A DNA stretch of 61,855 bases, counting the filler, from Sphacelaria rigidula (lineage: Eukaryota), in assembly GCA_964200075.2 (NCBI GenBank). It is 11 parts of 11 records of this genome, joined end to end, with 100 filler letters (N's around TTAATTAATTAA, not from the genome) between each part and the next. Parts side by side here need not be neighbours in the genome. Positions count along the whole stretch, not along the records: positions 45,061 to 50,592 come from CAXNAA020026578.1; positions 50,693 to 56,224 come from CAXNAA020026579.1; positions 56,325 to 61,855 come from CAXNAA020026580.1; 8 more parts are not named here. One strand, 5' to 3'. Shown here in pieces: positions 50,326 to 61,855 of the stretch; position 1 is the first letter of the stretch, and each line of letters opens with the position of its first letter. A program made the translations under genes and the position numbers. Under the pieces are notes generated by a model that was not told the origin of the DNA, ran no database searches, and was given only the letters and a program-made list of their open reading frames with translations.

Positions 50326-53300
50326 GAACGTGGAATCGCGAAAAAAAACAGATCCACTGTCCCATATCAGGTCGGAAAGCAACCGGGATCCCCCCCCCCA
50401 ATATTATAACAAACGTAAAACAATAATAACTCCAAAACGTAGACATGTAAGTAACCAACAGCGTGAAGGTTAACCACCTTACATGCAAATCGAAAGTACA
50501 GAAGATATAACAAGTACAGATAGGGTAGGGTGATGACCCCCTCCATGTCAAATTCACATGGAGGTTGGGGTCTCGTGGTGAGATATGTATCANNNNNNNN
50601 NNNNNNNNNNNNNNNNNNNNNNNNNNNNNNNNNNNNTTAATTAATTAANNNNNNNNNNNNNNNNNNNNNNNNNNNNNNNNNNNNNNNNNNNNCCCTGCCC
50701 CCCCCCTCTCACCCTCTATATCGCCTTTTTTTTTCCCCTGTTTGGCGGCGGGGACAGGGGGGGGGGGGGGGGGGGGGGCAGAACTACATCTTGAACTGGC
50801 ATTTCTTGGTGCTTTCCTATTTTCCTTTCCTCCCTCTCCCTACCCTTTCGGTTTCTCCGTTTTCTTCACGTTTTTTTCACGCTCACTTTTACTTAATTTT
50901 TTCACCTTTGTATTTCCTGCGTTTTCTGGTTCCTTTTCCCTTCATGTATTCTCTTATTCCTGCTTTGCTTCGTTTTCCCTGTTGATTTTTTCCGCGATTG
51001 TTTCGTTTTTCTGGGAATACTATGGCAGTCATCTCCTTCTTCCCTTCTCATATTTCGCCTTCCTCGAGTTGCCTCTAGTGATTATTTGCGTTCGGCCACA
51101 TTTGTTTGCCTTGGGTATGTCGACTTTTACATCATGGCTACATCCGTAGAGAATCAGTGAACGCGCAACAGTAAGTCAGTCAATCGAATGACCCAATTCA
51201 TCGATACCCAGACACACCAACAGGTCTGTGGATGTAGCTGTCGTTTAGTTTTTGACTCATTCTCAGAAATATCACGTCGAAATTCGTAAAAGTCTTCCGA
51301 CTTGACCAAGATCATAGTAGGTCAGACGACACATTAGGTGTGCCTGGACGTATTTCCGCCATTGTTACGTACACAGATATTTCAGCCCTCCCAACAGAGG
51401 CAAGGCAACGATGGTATACACTTTCTAGCTGTTTCCACCAGGTACAGTCGTTCAAAAGAACGACATGATGCAATCGTCCAAAAGTACGATGTGGTTTGTC
51501 CGTGCAGGGGTTATATGTCGCGGGCAAAATCGACTGCCGAGCTTCTTCGCGCAAGAGTCCGTCGTCGTTCTGAGATCGGAGGACATGCCGCACGTTTCGA
51601 CGAGCTTACCTTTTCACATCTGTGGATGAGTACACCTGATGGGAAGAGCGCGAAAATGGACGACCACCGTTGTCTTACGCCTGGTCAAAGGGCCGAAATG
51701 CTGCTTTTCATCCCCTTAACATCCGCTACAAACTGACAAGTTTTCCGTCAGATTCAGGTACTTTTCAGAATTCAGGTGTAGGATTGAGAGAAGGTCCAGT
51801 TGTCCCTGTCTCGGTTCCGCCAAAACCAGGTATACGGCGCATTCGGTCAATTGTGTGGCTGCTGAAAATCCGACCGGCTTGTGCTACCCATACACTATGT
51901 ACCTGGCAATGACGGATATGAGTCCAAGCATCCCTAGCTCTCCCATCTGTCCAACAAATGACGTGAGTCGGATGTTGATTTCGTATTCAGAAGTATATCT
52001 TTGGTTCTGCCTGGATGTGTCAAGTGACGTCCATCATTTGAATTTATTTTTCATTAATCTTGTAGATACACGTTTCGGTAATGTTTTCTCTTTCATCTTG
52101 CTGGCACCAGCCTAGTATGCCGTTCACGAGCTGGCGATGCTGTGCTGTCTTTCCCCGCACTGCAATGACGCACATTTTTCCCACAGTTAAACCGTATACG
52201 GGAATCGGAGATGCGTTGAATCAATAACTACTGTGACACTACGGATCGGGTAAAAAGGACTAACCCAGGAGATCAACCGTAGTTCCGCAGACTGGATTTA
52301 CGTCCCACCTGTCGGACGAGATTGCAGGGTGCCAGTCTCAACACGCCCAGCAGCTTGCCCAGCTGTTTCTCGGACGGACATGGCACCGGGGCAGTTGTAG
52401 ACTGTATGGATGGCGACCGTTCCGGCCGTATAGGCGATGAGGGTTCAGCCTGAGAGAACTGGCGAGGCGAAAAAGGGCAGCGGAATTGGAGGGGGGCAGA
52501 ATTCAGTGAATGTTGCATGTCTTGTGGGTGGTGGGAAGGAAGCGGCGTTCCGTGGTGCTTGGGATCTTGTTCTCGTTCCTGACTCGACTTGAGGCGTTAT
52601 TCAGCAAGTTGTTGCCGTAGTGCCATCTGTCGGTGACACAGTCTTTTGCTTATCTTTGCCTTGACAAGCAATGGCAGAGAGTCACACTACTGTGCTGACC
52701 CGAAGACGTGCCTTTCGGAGTGGTATTTAGGGTTTCTCTACTTCTTGTCTTCAGCGGTTTCAGTCAGCACAATCATGAAAAACGTATGCTGAGACAAAGC
52801 GCAGGACCCTCCATGGCAAGACGTGTTGCTGGTGCTACCGTATCGTCAAATGGCTGGCTGATTTCGGCGTCAGTTAGTTACAACTCGGCACGTGCTGCGA
52901 CATGCGCGAATAGGCCCGCCGGCCGTACCCCTCTTTGGAGGTACGCTGCCCGAGTGCATGGAGCCATAGTTACCGCGGGGCGGTTGAGAGCTTGATGATT
53001 GGGGCTGAACTGTCCAAAGTTAGGATTTTGTCGTCAGGGTGTCAACACATGTGTCATACAAGCATCCTAAGCAGAGGATGGCTAGTCCCAGGGAGGGGCC
53101 CTCTATGGTATATTGAGTGTTGATGTGGCATGTAATCATGCTGATGGTGTATTGTAAACGCTGTGAGAAGCCATGCTAATTATCGGTCCATGCCAGCAAC
53201 CGTCCATTGCGACGAGCAGAGACGAAAACGCTGAATCCGCTGTCAAGGGCTATACCCTGGCGCCACAATCAAAGCCCCAAGGCTCCCACATATCCCTCGT

Positions 53301-54639
53301 GTGTTGTGTGTCTGAGAGGTTGGGAGGTCGACCATGCTCGATACCCCTCCCCACAGCAATATACTGTATGATCGTTTTCGGCTACGGTTCAGGTCTATCG
53401 TATCGGTCAGAAATGAGGCTACCAGTGGTGGACGGATGATGTGTGCTCTCTAGAAGTGATTTCATCGCACAAGTGTCGTTGGACAACTACGCATCACAGC
53501 TCCAAGAGCACGCTGTGTCTCTCGGAGGCGGACGCATCTGTTGCGCTGCTGTGTCGTCGGCTGCTTTGAGCCGTGCGCTTTGTACTCGTCTGGTCAAACG
53601 CCCCAGCAGAGGTCGCGTAGCTACATCAACCATATATGGTCAATCGTCCTATACGGAGAGCTAAGATCATGGTGATTGCATCGTACACTGTACTGGGTTC
53701 GCATGAACTAACCTTGGTATCGAAAGACGGAAGCTGCAAACCCGCCTGTCTTCTGCTGTATTGGGGCTTACTGGTACCCTGAGGGTTGTTTTGTCGCTTG
53801 TTGTTGAGCGAGTTCATAGCTCCTCCTCTTCACGAGAACATACTGGATGGTAACGCTTCTGTTTACCATGTGCGGTGCTCAGCAGCATGAGTGTGATGTT
53901 TGGTTGTGATTCGGTTCATCTCGAGGCCGATCAGAAAAATAAAGGTCGTCAAAGAAAGTGCCGCTTCAGAGAAAACATCAACCATCATCACCTTTCCAGC
54001 CTACAGTACAGTACAGTAGTAGACTAATTCCCGCCGCATGCCGAAATACTCAGGCATGCTGAATCCAATGAATATGGAGGCGTGTATCGGCACTATATGT
54101 TCACAAAGAAAAAATTATCACCACTGTAGCGCATTTAGAGCTGTGCGTGGTACATGATTGATCTGAGGTGCCCTATGGCCATGTGGCATAACTCACAGAA
54201 GGTCCTGGAACATGTTAAGTTTGATGTGCAAAACGCGGCGGAACCACCGACGGTTGAGTTCTCCTGACTATGTAGGAGACGTTCTACATTCAGTGATTCA
54301 GTGATACGTAGGGAATGGGCAACGCCCCGTGCCCTTGCCGCCGCTTGGAACAGTGCGCTTTTTTGTTGCGCACCTCTGGTCGCTGCTTAGCTTGGCTTGG
54401 GTGTGGTCCAGCCTATACGGCACGATTACATTGCGTAGCGTCCCGTGTCTTTGTCGTGCTACAGCACGTCTGGGGGAACGACAACGCCACATGGGGGAGT
54501 CGCAGTCCTCCGAGTAGCCGCGCATTTTTTCGAGGGCAAGTCGGATGGGGTATACCCTACAGCCGGATTTTTTTCAACAGCCGTAGTTTGTAAGGTAAAA
54601 ATGGACAGCGTGTTGGGGGCGGACGCAAAGTTACCAAAA

Positions 54640-55020
54640 AAATGGGTAGAGAATTGAGATCGTGCCCAACTCTACGAGCACTTGGATCGAGTATTGGGAT
54701 CATACCCAAGTGACAGTCTACTACACAGTATACAAGCGTATTGCTGACGTGACTTACCCAATTTTGGGTCGAGCATTTAGATCATACCCCACTCTACCCA
54801 ATATTTAGGTGGAATATTGAGATCACGTACCCAAACCTACACAAGTTTTGAGTAAAGTTTCAATATCACTCACCTAATCAACGAAAAACTTGGGTAGAGC
54901 AAACACACGAGAATCGGTAGATACCCATGGTTCGGGTAGAGTACGGTTGAGATCAAACCCAACCCTACCGCCCCATATTTGGGTAGAGTATCGAGATCAT
55001 ACTTCGAAGTATCCGATTTG
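54640..55020. repeat. Degenerate GAGATCATACCC/CTCTACCCA repeat cluster with internal inversions
   Basis: Recurring GATCATACCC, TGGGTAGAG and CTCTACCCA motifs. Confidence 0.65.
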
Positions 55021-55029
55021 CTCGAACCT

Positions 55030-55409
55030 CGGGCAGAGTGTTGCGTGTTTCCGTCCCAATTACGCTGGACGCCTATACCTCCCGGTGTTTGTGGGCGCAC
55101 CAGCCGGGGTCACACAGGGGGGAAGTCACACAGGAAAAAGGTCATCTGGAGAAAAGTCACGCAGGAGGGGTTCTTGACCACCTTCCTTCTGCCGTGCTTG
55201 CCGCGATTTTCATCGCGAGAAGGATCTACCCGTCCCTTTACCCTCGTCGGTAGGTGAATCGAACTCTGCTTACTCACAAAATAATCGCTTACCACTGTTG
55301 TACATATTGTGAGATACACACCCAGTTCGTGTGACTTCACCGAGGATCGAAACCGCGAACGGACTGTCGGAAGGTTTCCGAGGTTACCAACTGAACCATC
55401 GGGGGCGAC
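55030..55409 (-). mobile_element. tRNA-derived SINE, second family
   Basis: Minus-strand head GTCGCCCCCGATGGTTCAGTTGG (A box) and GGTTTCGATCC (B-box-like), followed by a ~300-bp non-tRNA body. The 3' boundary is approximate. Confidence 0.7.
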
Positions 55410-56715
55410 CGGCCAGGGTACATTCCCAGGTCTTATCGAAGGGCGTTCAAAATGGGCCGTGTAGACCGGCAGAGTATTGTGAAGCATGAAAATGGATCGA
55501 AAGGATTGCCAATTGGCGTTATGCACATGGACACTCGTTGCTAGGCTGACTCTTCGATCAGGCATCAAAGGGTGATGTGTACGCAACTGCGCAACTAAGC
55601 CAATCTCCTTTTCTCTCTGACCAGCGGCCTACTCTCGCCAACCTCCCAAAACAGAAACATCCCTACTCTGCGCTCAGCGATATGATTACATGGCTTGGGT
55701 AGGCTTTAGTTTGGAGACCTGACAAGGTCAGGTATCTTGATTCTTTTATTTAGACTACCCCACCCCATCCCCTCCCCGCTTCGCGCCAGGGCTTCAATCA
55801 AAGTTGGGGCATCGTGCATAATTCAACGGGTATGGTCCTTCTCGTCTCCCCTGTGGTCGACAGTCGAATCGACTGGGATATGTTCGTTGTAGTGAAATAC
55901 AGTAGCCCCATATGGTCGTTTTAGGGACGGCGCTATGTGTTTGGGTGTGCATGCTACTCCCAGATTGCCCCAACTTACGTTCCGAGCTCACCCTCCTACA
56001 TGTATCCGCGTAAGCATCAAAACATACCGTATCTACTACTTCTACTGTGATGTTCTTGCCCGACCTTCAGACAGACCGAGTACGTCTTGAAAAGAATCAA
56101 GAAAATGCATTTTTCGTTGATCGAAGGGAAACATGTCTTTCAGCTCCCCCGCGCACCCATGAGGCAGTGTGTAAGCCGTGGCTGTCTCTGGAAGTGGCGA
56201 CATCAGAAAGTGAAGCAACTCATTNNNNNNNNNNNNNNNNNNNNNNNNNNNNNNNNNNNNNNNNNNNNTTAATTAATTAANNNNNNNNNNNNNNNNNNNN
56301 NNNNNNNNNNNNNNNNNNNNNNNNCTCACCACACACAAAACCCCAACCCCCGACCTCCGCGACTTTTTCCTCCCATCTCCTTTTGTCAGCGAGGATCCGC
56401 CCTTAACGCCTCCTCCAAACTCGCCGCCGACGCATCCCGAACGTTCCACAGAACGGCCCAAAGACCATGGGACGAGTCGAGAGGGGAGGAGGAAGGGGTC
56501 ATCGGAAGTACCGCACTCCTTTCCCCCCCAAGCTGTGCGTCCCCAGCCCACCACGACCAAGGTGCTCGATCGCGTTCACTCTACCACTACGGGCATCACG
56601 CCGGGAGGTCACGATCTCTTCCGAGTAGCCCCGCAACTATGAACGAAGACGCCGCAGCATGGGCGAGCAGAGGGGCGGCGGGAGAGAATAGTTTGCTCTT
56701 CCCGTTTTTTCGGAG

Positions 56716-58248
56716 AAGAAGAATACCGATGGAGGTTGCGTTTGGACAAGAAGACGCCGGGAATGACGGTGGAGCCGTGGCAGGAAAGGCGGCAGCAGTG
56801 TCGGCGAAGACTGAGGTCGGTGGCGCTGGCTGTGAGGTTTGCGGCGGAGATGCGGCTGCAGAAATCCGGGTGAGGGTAGACGTACGTAAGTTTTATATGC
56901 TTGTGCTACACCCAAGACGTGCAAACGAAGAAAAGACAGCAGCTGTCGTTCGACATAAATAACAACGTGGGCAAACACGTCCTTCCGTGGCAGAATGTGA
57001 ACCAGTACGTGTCATCGGCTACCCTACGCGAGTCAGTGAGATAGAACCCGAACATCATCATTTTCCCCGTCTCCTTTTGTCAGACCTTTTGCAACCCCTC
57101 CCCTTCCTCGGGACGCGTTCGTAAACATTAAAATGGGGTTGAACATTAAAATGTGGCTCAACCCCCATTTTGAAAACGCATAGTTTCTACGGAATAATTT
57201 TGCAAAACACAACCAACCGAGGATGTTATTTGCCTGGTGAAACTTCCCCCAGGTTTCCTTGTCGCGCATTGTTGCCCAGGTCTCTAAACCCATATGTGTC
57301 TCCTTCCGTACGTTCGAAACGTCTCTCACCAGGTGGGGGAAACTGCTTTCGCCGCTTACTTCGGGTGCCATAAAAAATTGTTCCAGGGTTTCCTAGAACG
57401 CCTATCGATGTGATGGAGAGGGAACATGATTAGTGAGAAGTAGAGTACCGCCGTTCGTGTTTCGGGATGAAAATCCATTGCTGGAAACATTCTACAGATG
57501 TAAGAAAAATGGAAATGCCATAGGTGGGGAACTTCCTGCCCTTTGCATAATCCCCTGCTGCTCGGGAAAAAACTCTGCCATCATGTTCTTCAAAGACGAG
57601 GGAATCCGATGAAAGCGCCTTCCCTCACCTGGTGTCAATTGTTTCGAGTATACGAAAGGAGATACATGTAGCTCTAGAGTCCGGAGCAGCAACGTGCGAC
57701 AAGGTAAGGCAGGGGAAGCTTCAACAGACAAATAAAATCCTCAGTTGGTTGTTGTTCGCAAAACTAGTTTCCGAAAAAATGGGGATTTTCGAAATGAGGA
57801 TTGAGCCTCATTTCAATGTTCAACCCGATTTTCCAAGATCTGTTCGTAGTTTCTTTAGGGATCCATCCTCCTGAGAAAAGAGACGCATACAATGCTGGAA
57901 ATCAAACCCCACACTCCTCACTAGCCGATGTAAATGTGTACCACTTTTATTTAGACTAACGGTGCGCGGCGACGAGGATTTTCTTATCGTTTTCCGCCGT
58001 GGGGGGTCGAAGGACATTGAGAGGATGCGAATTCGACCCAAAGTCGGCAGGTTGCGGATAGAGTGATGATACCCATTGCTATCATCCGATGAACGGCGCT
58101 GCTACCAGTTGTTTTAGGCAGGTGTGGCCGCGGGGGGGAGGGTGTAGACTGATTCCTTGAGAGAGCGAATTCGTTGCGAGGAAGAGGTAGGGGTCAAAAG
58201 TGCGCTGGGAAACAAACAACAGATGACAGATAACGGACAACGACGACG

Positions 58249-58291
<43 letters not shown>

Positions 58292-61200
58292 CCAGCTTGA
58301 CTGGATGCTAACTTGCTACTGCCGCTCTTGTGCTGCTCTTCCCGTAATCGCGTTCTCGTGGAGAACACAAAATGTATAGTAATACATACATACGTGCGTG
58401 TGTTCTTGTATATCATGGGGCGGGCGGGATGGATCACGTGGTCACAAATCCAGGCATTGAAAGCCACGGTGCGGGAGCAAGGGCTGCAGATAGAGGGTCT
58501 CCGCGTGCAAGCGGCGTTTCGGGGCAGGGAACACGAGACCGTGCTCCAACAGATGCAACAGGTGAAACACCATACAGCAAAAAATACGACAACTAAACGT
58601 GCGATTAATAGTGGAGGGTGATAAATCGTTCTACTGACAAGAAGGCGTGTTTCAAAAGATTGCATGATTGATCGATTGATTGATTATCGCACGGTGACTG
58701 ATGATCCCCAAGGGATCCAGTGAGGTGGGCTTACCCCAGTTCGCCTCTAAATTAGTCATGGTTCACTTTTCTTTATTATCGCTGACCCTGACTTTAACCC
58801 TATAATCCGGGGCATACAAAACTCTCGGGCAAAAGGGGTACAGAAGGGAGCACTAAGCAAAGTGCGCGTTGGTAGACCCCAAACCGGCGCCGCAGACGCC
58901 GATTCGGACAGGAATATGTTCTATGCACGCTATTATAGCAGCAATTGGGATTGTCAGCCCCACTAAAGATCCGCATCTCGGTGACTCGAGTGGTATCAAC
59001 CACGGCTAATTTGGAAGCAAACTGGGACAAGCAAACCCTACTGGATCCATCCGTGTTTGTTTGTGTATTCACGCTCAGCTCAAGTGATATCAACCACGAC
59101 TTCATTTGGAAGCGAACTGGGACGAACAAACCCTACTGGATTCAGTCGAGGTATATGGGCATACCCAGCGTGAAAAAAAAAAACATACTCGCTCAAGGAA
59201 ACCCGAGAAAAGGGGAATGATATAGATAAATAAGGAAGGAATAAAGCAAACAGACCAAACGGAATATTTCGGTACAAGTCCAGTATTTGAGTCTCACGAG
59301 GAGGGCGCAGCCGTCCCAGCCAGCGTCGGCCCGCTAGCTTCATCTCGCCTAATCTGAAATTTGCTCGGTCTGTTTTTCTCATCTCCATCGAAGCGTTTTC
59401 GTGACAGTGTCCCAACTGCGGGTGAAACTCCGCGACTGCAGAATTGAGGTCGAGGTCCCGTTATCGTGAGGTATAAGTAAATCGCCAAGTGCAGGATTGA
59501 GCTTCGATCTCAGCCCTGTCGACCTAGTCCACCGACTAGTCTGCATGTTGCTCCACAGCTGACAGAGTATGCGGGCCTAGACTGTAGGCCATGTCACTCT
59601 TCTCCATACTCATGATCATGTCGTTTACTTGCCGGTTGGGTTGGGTTTCAGCCACACAACCATTCTCGGCCGGTCGGTGGTCGGGGACGGAGGAGAGTAC
59701 AACAGGTATGTCTATACAGTACTCTGGATTGGATAATCGACAGCATACACATATGTATGTGAAAACGTATAGACAATAAAACTCATCATAACAATAACGA
59801 AATGTTTACTGTAGCTCCATTTTTTGCACACACTTTGTTATGGCGTTTTCTCTTTTTGTGCTTCTGCTTTCGGGGTGCTTAGGAGAAGGAGCAGTCGTTC
59901 ATCTCAGAGAGAGGCACCCGAGACATGAGGCTTGCGGCAAACGAGGTGGGAGGAGGAGGAAAAGGAAGACGACGGGGGAGTGTTGATTTGATTTGGTTAA
60001 CCTTATTTGCTCCGCATGTGGGGGACTCCCCCGCCGTGTGATGAGTGGTTTTACGGTAGGGGTGCACATTTTTTTCCTGAAGCTCTTCACTTCAGGAGCC
60101 TCTCGATGACAAACATCTGGGCCTCAGGGGCGTATCTTAGCACAGCAGTTCTCGACCGAAAATGTACGGTGGGAAGCAAAAATCTCGATCTGATAGGTTG
60201 CAATTCCAACCATCGTCGTTGGTTTTGAAAATTGTTGAAATTACGACCTATCAGATCGGGATTTTTGGTTTCCACCGCACTTTTTCCATCAAAACATGAT
60301 GTGCTAAGACACGGCCTTAGTCTACAGCCTCAGAAACCTTCAATTTTTTGGACTGAAAAGTGTGCATCCCTACCGTAGTATCACTCATGTTGTAGTTCGT
60401 TTCCTAAGCTTTCTATACCATCCAATATCCTCACTCACTGTGGATTTGCGACCAATCGTCTGTGTCTCACCCTGCTGCTTCCTCGACCTCTGCGTCACCC
60501 GTTGGAGGTGAAGTTCGTGAATTTTTCAGCGTGCTTGGTTAAGAAGAGGTCACGGTCTTTCTTCGGCAGGAGACGGTCTTGTGTCAAGTACGAAAACAGA
60601 ATGTTCCAAAAGTCGGACGAACCGTGACTGGTTCCAATCGTCAGATTGTACGATTTCTGAGACCCAAGTGTTCGAAAGAGACGAATAACGTCGACGGGCG
60701 GGTCACAAACGCCTCTGCACAACTTTTGCAATACTGTATACCACGTGCCTGGGGTACGTGTACCTGGGGTGCAACGATGAAAAGCCTGAGGATTGATTCA
60801 TACGGCACGTATCAATGATTCGCACGGTACGTATCATTTGCACTAAAAGCAAGTCATTTTCACACGAATCTTTATTCCGTCCGACCATTGGAGTGTTCGT
60901 GAGACGGAGGACCATCACGGGTTTTCCGGCATTTCAGAGGCACAGACAACCGATTGAGAGGTTTCGTGCGACAGCCGAGCTTGAACGACCACTTTCGAAA
61001 TGCGGCCAGTTTGGTTATTTGGGTACTAGAATCGGGCCATCTATTTCTCCGTCATGATCCATGAGGTGAAAGGTTTCAGGTTTTTATTTTCATTTTTTTG
61101 ACCGCTCGCCTCACGCCTCGGCAATAGCTTACATGATTTTTTATTCGCTTTTCTTCTTGATCGCCCGCACGCGATATGCGGCCATTCAAGTCCCGCTGTG

Positions 61201-61570
61201 AAAGCTCTTGATCGGTCGTACTTGCCTCTAAAATGGCGAAAAGCCTCTGACGATCTTTCGCGTGAAAATATCCTCCACCCCACAAACATTCTGTTCAAAC
61301 TGCTACCCACGACATCATCTGCCGGACCTGTGCTCAGTCGGGGACAGAAAAAGCGGACGCTGCTGCAGCTATAGCGTTGGTACACTATTTACACCATAGA
61401 GTAGTGTACGTGTAACTGTTTTCAGTTTTAATGTTGCTCAGTAGCCTTGTGCTTGCTCCACGGCAAAACTTATAGGCCATATGAGTATAACAGCATTGAT
61501 TTCAGATCTCAAGATATAGAAGCTGCCAAACTATCTAAAGGTTTACAAAAGAAAATAGACAATGGGAACG
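56716..61570 (+). CDS. Candidate multi-exon host gene with coiled-coil-like exons (approx. 56716-56869, 57955-58050, 58454-58561, 59883-59945, possibly ~60937 and ~61507)
   Basis: AG/GT-bounded open segments: RRRLRSVALAVRFAAEMRLQKS|G-LTVRGDEDFLIVFRR (phase-compatible), ALKATVREQGLQIEGLRVQAAFRGREHETVLQQMQQ, EKEQSFISERGTRDMRLAANE. Confidence 0.5.
57130..57832. mobile_element. ~700-bp foldback element with ~225-bp arms
   Basis: GGGTTGAACATT.AAATG.GGCTCAA / TTGAGCCTCATTTCAATGTTCAACCC. Arms 57130-57355 / 57605-57832. Confidence 0.85.
58236..58292. repeat. (ACG)n(ACA)n microsatellite
   Basis: Direct run. Confidence 0.95.
60040..60389. mobile_element. Nested or compound foldback MITE (inner 60127-60317, outer arms 60040-60075 / 60355-60389)
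   Basis: Inner GGCGTATCTTAGCAC / GTGCTAAGACACGGCC with CGATCTGATAGGT / ACCTATCAGATCG. Outer ATGAGTG..TACGGTAGGG.TGCACA is inverted. Confidence 0.75.
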
Positions 61571-61855
61571 TCATTAGTGCACAGCGCATTGACGTCTCTA
61601 CACCCACGTGTCACGTGATATTTTCTCGCACAAGTACTACCGTAACTTCACCAAGCCTTCCCCTCGCGAGACTGAAAACTTGAGCCCTGCTTTGTTTTCA
61701 CTACATTCGTACTTGCCCATTATCATCCTGGGGGGGGGGGCGTACTCATCTGTTCCTTGCCTCAGTCGTTTGACCATTGACCACGCATCCCTTTCGAGAC
61801 GGAGCACCTTTGCAACTCCTAATATAGGGACGTCCAACAACCCTCCGCGAAGTAA

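Noticed and set aside
51140..54300. Coding-like unique sequence on contig 10
   Set aside because: Short broken ORFs with no recognisable motif or consistent splice pattern; left unassigned.

Overview
This is eukaryotic, repeat-dominated DNA. Brown alga or another stramenopile is my inference from the TE and SINE styles and the TTAGGG repeats; it is not proven. The window is not one locus. It is 11 unplaced contigs of 5533, 5532 and 5531 bp, sorted by length and joined by an artificial 100-bp linker (44N-TTAATTAATTAA-44N), so adjacency across linkers carries no meaning. Content: three decayed Ty3/Gypsy pieces and two Ty1/Copia 5' ends abutting or nested in Gypsy; a ~248-bp MITE group with a CTACGATAG core and 4-bp TSDs; piggyBac-type elements; a MITE with an 8-bp TSD; several foldback elements; a MITE carrying telomeric repeats; tRNA-derived SINEs and a putative partner-LINE tail; and several minisatellites. 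Candidate exons of two or three host genes of unknown function lie on contigs 8, 11 and possibly 3. I found no CRISPR, rRNA, bona fide tRNA or prokaryotic system. The most interesting signals are the structurally defined, possibly uncatalogued transposon families.
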